This document shows, in pieces, positions 1-8,661 of a stretch of 64,000 nucleotides of DNA; within the stretch, counting starts at the first letter, position 1, and each line of letters begins with the position of its first letter. A program made the translations under genes and the position numbers. The notes beneath the pieces were generated by a model. It was not told where the DNA came from. It worked only from the letters and a program-made list of their open reading frames with translations, and made no database searches. The stretch is from Dehalococcoidia bacterium (GTDB taxonomy: Bacteria > Chloroflexota > Dehalococcoidia > Lucifugimonadales > UBA3495), in contig OZ245439.1 of the NCBI GenBank assembly GCA_965226875.1, positions 3,955,818 to 4,019,817 on the forward strand, given 5' to 3'.

Positions 1-112
1 CTGATCCATAGCAGGGATTCATAGATTCTTAGACCCGCTCAGAATGGCAGACTTGCTATCCGACTTTGCAAAAGTCCTGCCCTTTTTCGCTCACTTTCCG
101 GCTGCGCTCCGC

Positions 113-1084
113 CTATCCCAGCCACCCGTCCAGCGTCTCCGCTCCAGCGTGCTGCTCCAGCAGGGCGGCGTAGTGGCGAGCCTTGGCAAGGCTGTGGGGG
201 GTGGCGGCGTCTATGAGGCGGTCGAGGGCGTCGGCGGTTTCGATGGTGGATGCAAAGACCTGCAACAGGGGGATGTCGCGCTCCAGGGCCTCGGCCTTCA
301 CGTACTCGATGGGTTCGCCGGTGCCGGTCAGCACCAGGCATCGGGTCTGAGGCAGCATACTGGCGAGCTGGATGTCGGGACGCTGGGTCCGGGTGATGAC
401 CGCCTGGTTGGCATAGCGCCCATAGTAGGTGGGGCCGTTGTCCATAATGTTGCCGCCAATCAGGAACCGCTCCACTGGCGCGTCGGCGTTCACTGGCTCC
501 AGCGTCCAGACTGCATCCAGATGCTCGGCAATCTGCGCCACCGTCGGCGCCAGCATCACGCGGCTCTCGGGGACGACCACCGAATCCACGGCGGCCGACG
601 ACTCGGCGGCAGAAGCCGCCACCGCCTCCCGCCGGTAGGGAGGCACGGCGTTGACCACCAGGCAGGCCAGGCGATTACCCCAGCGTGCGGCAGCTTCATT
701 CGCCGCCTGCGCCCAATCCCGCTCCGGCGCGTAGGCGTGGACTTCCAGCACTCGCGTATCGGCCTCGCCGGCCAGCTCCTCGCCGCGCGCGCCGTCAGCC
801 ACTTCGACGATCACCGTTCCCGCCTGATCGCGCAGCACGGCGAGGGCCGCGACGGCGTCTTCCGCGCCGTCGGACAGAGGACGAGGAGCCGGGCCAACGG
901 CGATTCCGAGGGAGTCGGCGAGGACGCCGGACGCAAAGGCATGGTCGGCGTCGGACTCGGTGGCCGCCGAGAAGGGCTTGACGTAGGCGGCATTGCGGCC
1001 GGCGTTGTGCAGGTGAGCCAGCAGGCCGGCGGCCAGGCTGGTCTTGCCGGAGCGGGTGGGGCCGGTTATGAGGATGGTGGGCAT
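113..1084 (-). CDS. DRTGG-domain protein with N-terminal P-loop (phosphotransacetylase N-terminal-like / BioD-like)
   Basis: 323-aa ORF. N-terminal ILITGPTRSGKTS P-loop. C-terminal CLVLTGTGEP...IPLLQV pattern typical of DRTGG domains. Confidence 0.7.
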   Translation of the reverse strand: MPTILITGPTRSGKTSLAAGLLAHLHNAGRNAAYVKPFSAATESDADHAFASGVLADSLGIAVGPAPRPLSDGAEDAVAALAVLRDQAGTVIVEVADGARGEELAGEADTRVLEVHAYAPERDWAQAANEAAARWGNRLACLVVNAVPPYRREAVAASAAESSAAVDSVVVPESRVMLAPTVAQIAEHLDAVWTLEPVNADAPVERFLIGGNIMDNGPTYYGRYANQAVITRTQRPDIQLASMLPQTRCLVLTGTGEPIEYVKAEALERDIPLLQVFASTIETADALDRLIDAATPHSLAKARHYAALLEQHAGAETLDGWLG

Positions 1085-1140
1085 TTAATCACTACCGTAA
1101 ATTGCATCTCTGGAACACACCAATTGTTTTCGAATTCATC

Positions 1141-1155
1141 TAGGGAGTGTCGTCA
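1141..1155. repeat. Solo copy of the IS5-family terminal repeat (TAGGGAGTGTCGTCA)
   Basis: 15 nt identical to the reverse complement of the right end of the IS at 60652-61504, including the flanking TA. Confidence 0.5.
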
Positions 1156-1162
1156 TATTCAT

Positions 1163-1260
1163 CGTCATTCCCGCTTTCGCGGGAATCCAAAGGCCATTGG
1201 CAGCAAATGCGATTTTGCCAGCTACCGGATTCTGGTTTCCCGCTTTCGCGGGAATGACGG
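1163..1260. repeat. REP2 inverted pair (mini-MITE-like): CGTCATTCCCGCTTTCGCGGGAATCC ... GGTTTCCCGCTTTCGCGGGAATGACGG
   Basis: Two ATTCCCGC-N4-GCGGGAAT hairpin units in inverted orientation at 1163-1188 and 1234-1260. The same unit recurs at 20161, 20712 and 37418. Confidence 0.65.
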
Positions 1261-1292
1261 GTTGGGTGCCGCGCCACGATTTGAGATACCCT

Positions 1293-2024
1293 CTAAACTC
1301 CCACATCCAAGAACTCGACGTTGTTGGGGTCGAAGCCCTGGGGGAAGCGGGTGGTGGTGTCCCACTTGGCGCGGGTGAAGTCGGAGCGGTGGAGGCTGGC
1401 CTGGTCGAAATTTGCGCCGGTCATGTTGGCGGCAATCCACATGGAGTCGCGGATCATGGCGCGGGTGAAGTCCGCGCCGCTCATGCTGCACCGCGACAGG
1501 TCGGCCCCGTTCATGTTGGTGGAGACGAACAGCGCATCAGTGAGATCGGCGTTGCGGAGGTCGGCCTCGATCATGTTGGACTGGCTGAAGTCGGTGCGCT
1601 TCAGGCTGGCCCCGATGAGCGTGACCCGGTTCATGCGGCAGTGGCGCACCACCGCGCCCTCGAGGTTCGCTCCCTTGAGGTCGGCCCAGAACAGGTTGAC
1701 GTTGGTCAGGTTGGCCGACGACAGGTTGGCGCCGGAAAGCGACGCGCGGCCCAGGTCGGCCTTCTCCAGATCGGCCCTCGACAGGTTGGCTCTGGGCAGG
1801 CTGGCGCGGAACAGACGGGCGTCCGACAGGTTGGCCCCGAAGAGATTGGCCCCGCCGAGCCTGGCGCGGGTCAGGTCGGCTCCGGCGAGGTCGGCTCCCA
1901 GCAGATTCGCGCCCGACAGATCGGCCTCGCTCAAGTCCATCGCGGCGTCAGGGTTGGCGGCGCGCCATTGAGCGATGGCGTCCGCACCGGCCTGCACGGC
2001 TTCCACATGTTGAGGATCAGGCAA
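1293..2024 (-). CDS. Pentapeptide-repeat protein
   Basis: 243-aa ORF made almost entirely of A(D/N)LxG-type pentapeptides (ADLSGANLLGADLAGADLTRARL...). TTG start with GGAGG 6 nt upstream. Confidence 0.9.
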   Translation of the reverse strand: MPDPQHVEAVQAGADAIAQWRAANPDAAMDLSEADLSGANLLGADLAGADLTRARLGGANLFGANLSDARLFRASLPRANLSRADLEKADLGRASLSGANLSSANLTNVNLFWADLKGANLEGAVVRHCRMNRVTLIGASLKRTDFSQSNMIEADLRNADLTDALFVSTNMNGADLSRCSMSGADFTRAMIRDSMWIAANMTGANFDQASLHRSDFTRAKWDTTTRFPQGFDPNNVEFLDVGV

Positions 2025-2079
2025 AATAGTCCTCCAAGGATACTGGTATTGGGCGAGGGCTTGCGTGCACCGGAATCCG

Positions 2080-2124
2080 CCCTCACCCTAACCCTCTCCC
2101 TCCGGGAGAGGGTTAGGGTGAGGG
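2080..2124. repeat. REP1 GC-rich palindromic element (perfect 21-bp arms)
   Basis: CCCTCACCCTAACCCTCTCCC-TCC-GGGAGAGGGTTAGGGTGAGGG. Lies between the pentapeptide gene and the SelW-like gene and could act as a terminator hairpin. Confidence 0.9.
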
Positions 2125-2169
2125 AATCGTCCCCCTTAAAAGCGCGAGGGGATGGCGAGAACGCTTTAG

Positions 2170-2454
2170 CTATGCGTCTTCGAGGTCGAACAACTTTTCG
2201 GCGATGGTCATCTTGAGTTCGTTGACTTTGCCGAGATCGGGGAAGCCGCCGTCTGTCTTGCGGTCGTAAATGACGTCGCCGTCCAGGTATACCTCCAGGC
2301 GTCCCCGGTCCGAGGGGGTCATCTTAATGGCGATGTCGCCGGGAGCATCGGACTTGAAGAATTCCATCGCCAGCCACGTGGCGACCGGGAAGTAGCCTCA
2401 AGCTACGCAGTAAACGATTTCCGCTTCTACCTTGCCGTGTTCGGAACCTGGCAT
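2170..2454 (-). CDS. SelW/Rdx-like selenoprotein (CxxU), in-frame UGA at 2398-2400
   Basis: The minus-strand frame of the 65-aa ORF extends upstream as ATG(2454-2452) MPGSEHGKVEAEIVYCVA-UGA-GYFPVATWLA-MEFF... The IVYCVAUGY motif plus the ...GGFPDLGKV... tail fit the Rdx/SelW family. A purine-rich RBS-like stretch precedes the ATG. Confidence 0.7.
2366..2385 (-). promoter_or_regulatory. Putative bacterial SECIS hairpin
   Basis: Minus-strand RNA GUCGCCA-CGUGGC-UGGCGAU (7-bp stem including one G-U pair, GU in the loop). It starts 12 nt after the UGA. Confidence 0.45.
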
Positions 2455-2498
2455 ATCTCTCTTCTCTCTGTTTGATGTGGGGAATTGGGCGCTCTGCG

Positions 2499-2888
2499 CT
2501 ACTGCACTGCCGCCAGATTTCTAGCGTCTTGGATGTACGATTCGGTGGCTAGGATGAGGGCTGTCATCTCCGGTTCCGGCTCGCAGTTGCCGTCGTAGAA
2601 ACAATTGATGTGCAACAACGCTGCCCTGGTATTGTACTGGCCCTGAAACGTCTCGAATGCCGGAGCGTTATTGCTCAATCGCAGGAGGGCGCGCCGCGCC
2701 CCACCCGCGGACTGCGGCTCATTGCCGGTCCGGGCCAGCACCAAGGCGTCCGTTGAACGCTTGGTGGCGCCCCAAGCCTTTTCCGCCGCGTTGCGGAGTC
2801 TGCCTTGCCTCAGCATTTCCAGGGCGTCGCCATAGAGCACTTGCGCGTCTTCAAAAAGCTCGGTCACGCGGTCAGTAGTGGTTGCCAC
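2499..2888 (-). CDS. PaREP1-family (HEPN-like helical) protein
   Basis: 129-aa ORF. The AAEKAWGAT...ALLHINCFYDG pattern resembles archaeal PaREP1 proteins (SEKxWGA ... LHxNFYEG). GTG start with AAGGAG upstream. Confidence 0.5.
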   Translation of the reverse strand: MATTTDRVTELFEDAQVLYGDALEMLRQGRLRNAAEKAWGATKRSTDALVLARTGNEPQSAGGARRALLRLSNNAPAFETFQGQYNTRAALLHINCFYDGNCEPEPEMTALILATESYIQDARNLAAVQ

Positions 2889-2907
2889 TGGTTGCTCCTT
2901 TCACTTT

Positions 2908-2947
2908 CACCCCCACCCTGACCCTCCCCCTCAGGGGGAGGGAATTA
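2908..2947. repeat. REP1 element
   Basis: CACCCCCACCCTGACCCTCCCCC-TCA-GGGGGAGGGAATTAC. Confidence 0.8.
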
Positions 2948-2972
2948 CAGTGTCCCGGCGGAATGCAGGGGG

Positions 2973-3404
2973 TTATTTCACCACTGCCGTGCCGATGCCC
3001 ACCGCCGTGCGGTCGCCGTTCTGGTTCTCGCAGACCAGGTTGACGATGACCTGGGTGCCGCCGTCGGCCTCTTCCTGTCCCGACACCTCGCCGGTGACGG
3101 TGATGGTGTCGCCGCCCTTGACCGGGCGCAGGAACTTCAGGTTGACGCTGCCCGTGTGGTTGAAGACCTCGGGCCCGAAGAAGCGGCGCAGGCTCTCGGC
3201 GGCGAAGGCCACCGACATCCGGCCCGATGCTATGGGGTAGGTGGTCCCGAGGCGCTGCTGGGCCAGTTCCGGGTTGTTGTGGATGTTCTGACGATCCAGG
3301 ATGCCGCAGTTCTCGAATTGGTTGATGGTATCCTGGGTGACGCTCTTGGTGACCGACGGTATCTGCTGACCTGGCGCTATGTTTTCTATCCCTGCGGATG
3401 CCAT
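2973..3404 (-). CDS. MaoC-like (R)-hydratase / hotdog-fold dehydratase
   Basis: 143-aa ORF with the hotdog pattern ...HNNPELAQ...IASGRMS...LKFLRPVKGGDTITVTGEV... Confidence 0.8.
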   Translation of the reverse strand: MASAGIENIAPGQQIPSVTKSVTQDTINQFENCGILDRQNIHNNPELAQQRLGTTYPIASGRMSVAFAAESLRRFFGPEVFNHTGSVNLKFLRPVKGGDTITVTGEVSGQEEADGGTQVIVNLVCENQNGDRTAVGIGTAVVK

Positions 3405-3811
3405 TTCTTGCCCACCTCGTCCGGCTTTTTCATCTGGTAGGTGCGGAGCTTCTCCAGCAGCCGCCCGTCCTCGTCGTAGGCGGTGGCTTCGATGACCATG
3501 TAGGGCTTGTCGCGGCGCATGTACTTGTCGGCGATGCGGCCGGTTACATGAATCTTCTTTCCGGGGATGGGGGGGTTGAAAAACTCCACCTCGTTGCCCG
3601 CGTTGACCCCGCCGGTGTTGTCCTCGTAGACCATGGCAAAGGCGGTGGCGTCGTGCTTCACGGCCAGCGTCGGGAACACCGCATCCGGGTCGCCGATGGA
3701 GGCCCGGAAGCTGTCCAGCATTTCCTGGGTCAGGGTGTATTCGTAGGAGCCCAGCTCCTCGCCGATTTCTATCTTGTCGTAGTCGAATATCTTTACTTCG
3801 GAATCGGCCAT
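3386..3811 (-). CDS. Hotdog-fold protein (MaoC N-terminal-like / FAS1-type dehydratase subunit)
   Basis: ORF 3386-3832. I prefer the ATG at 3811 because AAGGAG lies 6 nt upstream. It overlaps the start of the downstream hotdog gene, suggesting a paired two-subunit hydratase. Confidence 0.75.
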   Translation of the reverse strand: MADSEVKIFDYDKIEIGEELGSYEYTLTQEMLDSFRASIGDPDAVFPTLAVKHDATAFAMVYEDNTGGVNAGNEVEFFNPPIPGKKIHVTGRIADKYMRRDKPYMVIEATAYDEDGRLLEKLRTYQMKKPDEVGKKWHPQG

Positions 3812-3839
3812 ATCCCGCTCCTTAAGCATCACCCAACAT

Positions 3840-3870
3840 CCCTCTCCAGGGGAGGGTCAGTGTGGGGGTG
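3840..3870. repeat. REP1 element
   Basis: CCCTCTCCAGGGGAGGGTCAGTGTGGGGGTG. Confidence 0.7.
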
Positions 3871-4066
3871 CGGTCAGTGGCTATACCATACTTATTTTGC
3901 CCCAAGCCGTCAACGACGGCAGTGGCCTGGAGGACGGGCGGGCGCCGCTCCGATGCGCTGAAGGCCGGATGCTATAATCGACTTCTGACCGGGACAATGT
4001 ACGGAAGCAAAAACGGTGCAGCCAAACGCGAAGGACCAAACGCGAAGGAATGGGTGACGGCGAGAC

Positions 4067-4858
4067 ATGGACCTTTACTTTGATCGCGGAGACCACGACA
4101 GCCCGGTGGGGCACGCCCTGGTGTATTTCAAGGTGGATACCGAGCCGGACAAGGTCTATGCCAGCTACGTGGTGACCCTGCCCATCAAGTCCGACCTGAC
4201 CAAGTTTCTGCCGCCCTTCCTGGCCTCGCATCTGGGGGCGCTGCCGCTTAACGACCTCTCGTCCTTCGCCATGCCACCAGTGCCGGAGCCGGTGGACGGG
4301 TTCGGGGAGCTGGAGCGATTGAGCCGGCAGCGGGGCGACGACCTGGTGTACGCGGGCAATATGTTCTCCTATGACCTGCCCCGGATGATGGAGTCGGTGA
4401 CCGAGGCCGTGTCGAGTTACGCCGAGCTGTACGCCGCCGCCGGTAAGGGGGCCACGGTGGTAGGCGAACCCGCCGCCGAGCCGGACAGCCTGCCCTCCGC
4501 CGAGGAACCTGAGGATGCGCTGGATTCGTCGTTCAACGTCAATGACGTGCTGTTCAGCTTTATGAGCGAGAGCGATAAACTGAGCGAGCTTTCGCGCCTG
4601 CTGGGCCGGCTGCGCTTCGCCGTGGAGGGCGCCGACCGCGCCGCCGCCGACGAGGCGGGCGAGGAGATAACGGCGCTGGCCCGCCACCTGCCCGTTGAGT
4701 TCCAGTTAGCCAACCTGCTGGCCGTGGCCCGCGACACCTCCGAGCGCAGCTCCGAACTGGCCAAGCTCTACCTCGACCGCTGCTTCCGCCTATCCGCCGG
4801 CGATACCGGCCAGGCCGCCGTACTGGAGGCCGAGATCCGCCGGTTGCAGGGGGAGTAG
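4067..4858 (+). CDS. Hypothetical protein (acidic, helical C-terminal half)
   Basis: 263-aa ORF with genome-typical codon usage. No family recognised. Confidence 0.6.
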   Translation: MDLYFDRGDHDSPVGHALVYFKVDTEPDKVYASYVVTLPIKSDLTKFLPPFLASHLGALPLNDLSSFAMPPVPEPVDGFGELERLSRQRGDDLVYAGNMFSYDLPRMMESVTEAVSSYAELYAAAGKGATVVGEPAAEPDSLPSAEEPEDALDSSFNVNDVLFSFMSESDKLSELSRLLGRLRFAVEGADRAAADEAGEEITALARHLPVEFQLANLLAVARDTSERSSELAKLYLDRCFRLSAGDTGQAAVLEAEIRRLQGE

Positions 4859-4888
4859 CGGGAACCCCACGAGGAGAGGCTGCTGTCA

Positions 4889-5119
4889 ATGGACGTTTCG
4901 CTGATGCTTCCGGATATTCCTCAAGGTGTCGTGACCTTTGCGTCCGCCGTGTTGGCGGCCCTCGTCCTTGTGATATTGACGCTGTCCTCCTGTGGATTTC
5001 GTCTCCTGCATTCCATTCAAGGTCGGTTGTCGGAACTCAAGAATGGTTTGGAGCTCTTGCAGAAACCGGACATTTCCAGTCGAGTCGCAGCTCTGTTGGA
5101 GCGGCGGGAACAGAAGTAG
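4889..5119 (+). CDS. Small membrane protein (one TM helix)
   Basis: 76-aa ORF. GAGGAGAGG lies upstream. Hydrophobic segment VVTFASAVLAALVLVILTL. The stop codon directly abuts the recF GTG start. Confidence 0.45.
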   Translation: MDVSLMLPDIPQGVVTFASAVLAALVLVILTLSSCGFRLLHSIQGRLSELKNGLELLQKPDISSRVAALLERREQK

Positions 5120-6298
5120 GTGCGCCTCTCCCGCCTGCGGCTGAGCAACTTTCGCAACCTGGTCGAGGTGGACCTGGAGATACCGGCGGGTATCTCGGTC
5201 TACTTCGGGCATAACGCGCAGGGCAAAACGGCGCTGGTGGAGGCAGTATACTTGCTGGCCATCGCCCGCTCCTTCCGAGCCGAGAACGAGCGCGAGCTGG
5301 TCAACTTCGCCGCCGCGCGAGACGGGGGGTTGGCGCTGGTCGAGGGGCTGGTGGAAGGCGACGATGACGCCTCTTCCCGGCATCGGGTCATCGTCGGCTT
5401 CCGAGTATCGGCATCCAACGCCGCCGGAGGGCCGGGCTACCGGGTGAGCAAGGATATACGGGTCGACCGCGTCCGCCGCACCGCCGGGGGGCTGGTCGGG
5501 CTGGTTCATGCCGTGCTGTTCAGCGCCTTGGACATCGAGCTGGTGCAGGGGCCGCCCTCAGCCCGCCGCCGGTTCCTCGACATCCTCATTTCCCAAGCCG
5601 ACCCGGTATACCTCAAGACGTTGCAGCGTTACCAGCAGGTGTTGCGGCAACGCAACCGGCTGCTCCGACTGCGTCGCGAGGGCCGGGCCGCGCCCGACGA
5701 GATGGAGTTCTGGGACGGGGAGCTGGTGAAGGAAGGGGCCTGGCTCACCTGGCGGCGACATGAGGTGATGGACGTGCTGACGCCCGCCTGCATCCGCCAT
5801 CACCGAGACCTCAGCGGGCCGGGCGAGGTCCTCGAACTGCGTTACCACCCCAGTGTTTCCCTGCCGGACGACGCCGACGGTATGGCAGCCAGCTATCATG
5901 AGGCGCTGCGGGCCGTCGCGCCTCGTGAGCGGGCCACGGCGGCCACGGCGGCCGGTCCCCACCGCGACGACTTCGCCATAGTGGTCAACGGTGCAGACAT
6001 GGGGGCTTTCGCCTCCCGCGGGCAGGCCCGGACGCTGGCCTTGGCCCTGCGGCTGGCCGAGGCGGAAACGCTGTCGGCGGTGCGGGGCGTCCGGCCGCTG
6101 CTGCTGCTGGACGATGCCCTGTCGGAGATGGACGCCGCCCGCCGCCGCCGCGTTCTGGAGAAGGCTTCTCGATACCCCCAAGTGCTGATAACCACCACCG
6201 ACCCGGAGCAGGTCGCCGACTTCTTCGGCGCGGGCGCGTCTTACTTTCGGGTGGCCGGTGGCAAGGTGACGCCTCTGGACGGGATGCCCGCACCCTGA
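5120..6298 (+). CDS. recF: DNA replication/repair protein RecF
   Basis: N-terminal LRLSNFRNL...GHNAQGKTALVEAVY Walker A. C-terminal LLLLDDALSEMD signature/Walker B. 392 aa, GTG start. Confidence 0.93.
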   Translation: MRLSRLRLSNFRNLVEVDLEIPAGISVYFGHNAQGKTALVEAVYLLAIARSFRAENERELVNFAAARDGGLALVEGLVEGDDDASSRHRVIVGFRVSASNAAGGPGYRVSKDIRVDRVRRTAGGLVGLVHAVLFSALDIELVQGPPSARRRFLDILISQADPVYLKTLQRYQQVLRQRNRLLRLRREGRAAPDEMEFWDGELVKEGAWLTWRRHEVMDVLTPACIRHHRDLSGPGEVLELRYHPSVSLPDDADGMAASYHEALRAVAPRERATAATAAGPHRDDFAIVVNGADMGAFASRGQARTLALALRLAEAETLSAVRGVRPLLLLDDALSEMDAARRRRVLEKASRYPQVLITTTDPEQVADFFGAGASYFRVAGGKVTPLDGMPAP

Positions 6299-6325
6299 CC
6301 CTCTTCCTATGGGAGAGGGAATTAT
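6291..6325. repeat. REP1 element overlapping the recF stop codon
   Basis: CACCCTGACCCTCTTCC-TAT-GGGAGAGGGAATTAT. The TGA inside CCCTGACCC (6296-6298) is the recF stop. Confidence 0.8.
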
Positions 6326-6402
6326 CCTCCACCGGATTCCCCTTTGGGAATCGCAGGTGGTAGTATTGCCCCGAACCCTGATACATCCATACTGGTGGAA
6401 TC

Positions 6403-8661
6403 ATGCCCGTCAGCCAGGAAGTCCTTGACGAAATCGCCCTCACCCGCACCGAATACGACCTGATAGTAGAGCGGTTGAACCGCGAACCCAACTCCGTGGA
6501 GTTGGGGATGTTCGGCGCGCTGTGGAGCGAGCACTGCGGCTACAAGCACTCGCGGCCCCTGCTGCGGATGTTCAGCCACACCTCGCCCGTAGTGCTGTCG
6601 GAGACCGGCGCGGAGAATGCCGGGGCCGTGGACATCGGCGACGGGCTGGCCGTGGTGTTCAAGGTGGAGTCGCACAACCACCCCTCGGCGGTGGAGCCTT
6701 TCCAGGGCGCGGCCACCGGCGTCGGCGGCATCGTGCGCGACATACTGGCAATGGGGGCCCGCCCCATCGCCCTGCTCAACTCCCTGCGCTTCGGGCCGCT
6801 GGACGACCCGGAGAACGGCGCGATCAACAAGCACCTTTTCGGCGGCGTGGTGCGCGGCATATCGTGGTACGGCAACTGCATCGGCGTTCCCGACGTTGGC
6901 GGCGAAATATATTTCGATCCCTCCTATTCCCGCAACCCGCTGGTCAACGCCATGTGCGTCGGTCTGATCGACAAGGACCAGCTGGCATCGGCGGCGGCGC
7001 GGGTACCTGGCAGCGTGCTGCTGCTGGCCGGGGCCGACACCGGGCGCGACGGCATCCACGGCGCCTCGGGCCTGGCCTCCCGCACCTTCGAGGTGGAAGC
7101 GGAGTTGCGGCCCACGGTGCAGGTGGGCAACCCGTTCCTCGAGAAGGTGCTGATCGAGGCCTGCCTGGAGGCCCTGGACACCGGCGCGGTGCTTGCGATC
7201 CAGGACCTGGGGGCCGCCGGGCTGACCAGCGCCTCCATCGAGTCGGCCGCGCGGGCCGGGCGCGGCATCCGGCTGGACCTAGCCCAGGTGCGGCGGCGCG
7301 AGACCGGCATGAACGCCTACGAGGTGATGCTGTCGGAGTCGCAGGAGCGGATGCTGCTGGCGGCCCTGCCGGAACGGGTGGACGAGGTTCGCGCGGTCTT
7401 CGAGCGGTGGGACGTGGACTGCCGCGAGATTGGCCGGGTCATCGCCGAGCCGGAGGCGCAGGTATTCGACGGAGCGGAGCCAGTGGCGCACCTGCCCATT
7501 CGGCCCCTGTCCGAGGCCCCGGTCTACCGTCTGGAGGGCCGGCCGTCGGCGGAGGACGTGGCGCGCCGGGAAATGCCGCTGGCCGGTGTGCCGCTGCCGG
7601 AATGCGGCCCGGCAGAAACGCTGCTGCGGTTGCTGGCCTCGCCCAACATCGCCAGCAAGCGGGCGGTCTACCGGCAGTACGACCACCAGGTGCAGACCAA
7701 CACCGTGCGCGGGCCGGGCAGCAGCGACGCGGCGGTGCTGCGGGTCAAGGGCACCGGCAAGGCCATCGCTCTGGCCGTGGACGGCAACGGGCGGCACTGC
7801 TTCCTCGACCCCTTCGTGGGCGGGCAGATAGCTGTCGCGGAAGTCTGCCGCAACATCAGCTGCACCGGCGCCCGCCCGCTGGCCCTCACCGATTGCCTGA
7901 ACTTCGGCAATCCGTTGCGCCCCGACATCTACTATCAGTTGGAAGAGTGCATCCGGGGCATGGCCCTAGCCAGCGAAACGCTCGATGCCCCAGTAGTCAG
8001 CGGCAACGTGAGCCTGTTCAACGAAACCCAGGGGCAGGCCGTCCATCCCACGCCCGTCGTCGGCGCCCTGGGCCTGCTGGACGACGCGGGCAAGGCCGTG
8101 GGCGCGGGCTTTCCGGGGGAAGGGCTGGCGGTCATGCTGTTGGGTCCCGGCCTCGGAACTTCTGCGGCCAACGACCTGGCTGGCAGCGAGTATCTTCAGG
8201 TCATGCACGGACTGACCGCCGGGCAGCCGAGCATTGACCTGAAACTTGAACGGCGGGTGCAGGAAACGTGCCGGGAGGGTGTCAAGCAGGGCTTGATTCT
8301 ATCGGCCCACGACTGCTCCGATGGCGGGCTGGCAGTGGCGCTGGCCGAGAGCTGCATCCTGGGCGGCGTGGGCTTCCGCTTCCAGGGGTCGGTGGACGCC
8401 CTGTCCCGCTGGGACACCGCGTTGTTTGGGGAAAAGCAGTCGCGCATCGTCGTGTCGGTGGAGCGGGACCGGATGCACCTGATGGAGGACCTGGCCCACG
8501 CCGTTGGCGCTCCGGTGTCGCTGCTGGGTTTCACCGGCGGGGCCACGTTCCAAGTCGACAGCCACGACGAGGACGGAGCCGCAACCGGGGACGGCGTCGA
8601 GTTGATGCTTGCCGAGCTGACGGCCGTCTGGACGCAGGCTTTGGAGGCCGCCAGTGCCTAG
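6403..8661 (+). CDS. purL: Phosphoribosylformylglycinamidine synthase subunit PurL
   Basis: 752 aa. Motifs FGALWSEHCGYKHS, VESHNHPSAVEPFQGAATGVGGIVRD and duplicated AIR-synthase-like domains. Confidence 0.97.
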   Translation: MPVSQEVLDEIALTRTEYDLIVERLNREPNSVELGMFGALWSEHCGYKHSRPLLRMFSHTSPVVLSETGAENAGAVDIGDGLAVVFKVESHNHPSAVEPFQGAATGVGGIVRDILAMGARPIALLNSLRFGPLDDPENGAINKHLFGGVVRGISWYGNCIGVPDVGGEIYFDPSYSRNPLVNAMCVGLIDKDQLASAAARVPGSVLLLAGADTGRDGIHGASGLASRTFEVEAELRPTVQVGNPFLEKVLIEACLEALDTGAVLAIQDLGAAGLTSASIESAARAGRGIRLDLAQVRRRETGMNAYEVMLSESQERMLLAALPERVDEVRAVFERWDVDCREIGRVIAEPEAQVFDGAEPVAHLPIRPLSEAPVYRLEGRPSAEDVARREMPLAGVPLPECGPAETLLRLLASPNIASKRAVYRQYDHQVQTNTVRGPGSSDAAVLRVKGTGKAIALAVDGNGRHCFLDPFVGGQIAVAEVCRNISCTGARPLALTDCLNFGNPLRPDIYYQLEECIRGMALASETLDAPVVSGNVSLFNETQGQAVHPTPVVGALGLLDDAGKAVGAGFPGEGLAVMLLGPGLGTSAANDLAGSEYLQVMHGLTAGQPSIDLKLERRVQETCREGVKQGLILSAHDCSDGGLAVALAESCILGGVGFRFQGSVDALSRWDTALFGEKQSRIVVSVERDRMHLMEDLAHAVGAPVSLLGFTGGATFQVDSHDEDGAATGDGVELMLAELTAVWTQALEAASA

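Noticed and set aside
44-1378. Long ORFs overlapping called genes on the opposite strand or in other frames. Examples are 44-1378 (+), 8531-9934 (-), 25355-26803 (-), 49575-51794 (-), 6522-8237 (+) and 37941-39236 (-).
   Set aside because: Their Arg/Gly/Pro/Ala-rich, low-complexity translations are typical of shadow frames in GC-rich DNA. Each overlaps a gene with clear family motifs. No RBS or family signal supports them.
5120-6298. recF as a marker of a nearby dnaA-dnaN-recF-gyrB origin region.
   Set aside because: No dnaA, dnaN or gyrB flank recF here, and no DnaA-box cluster is visible in its upstream region.
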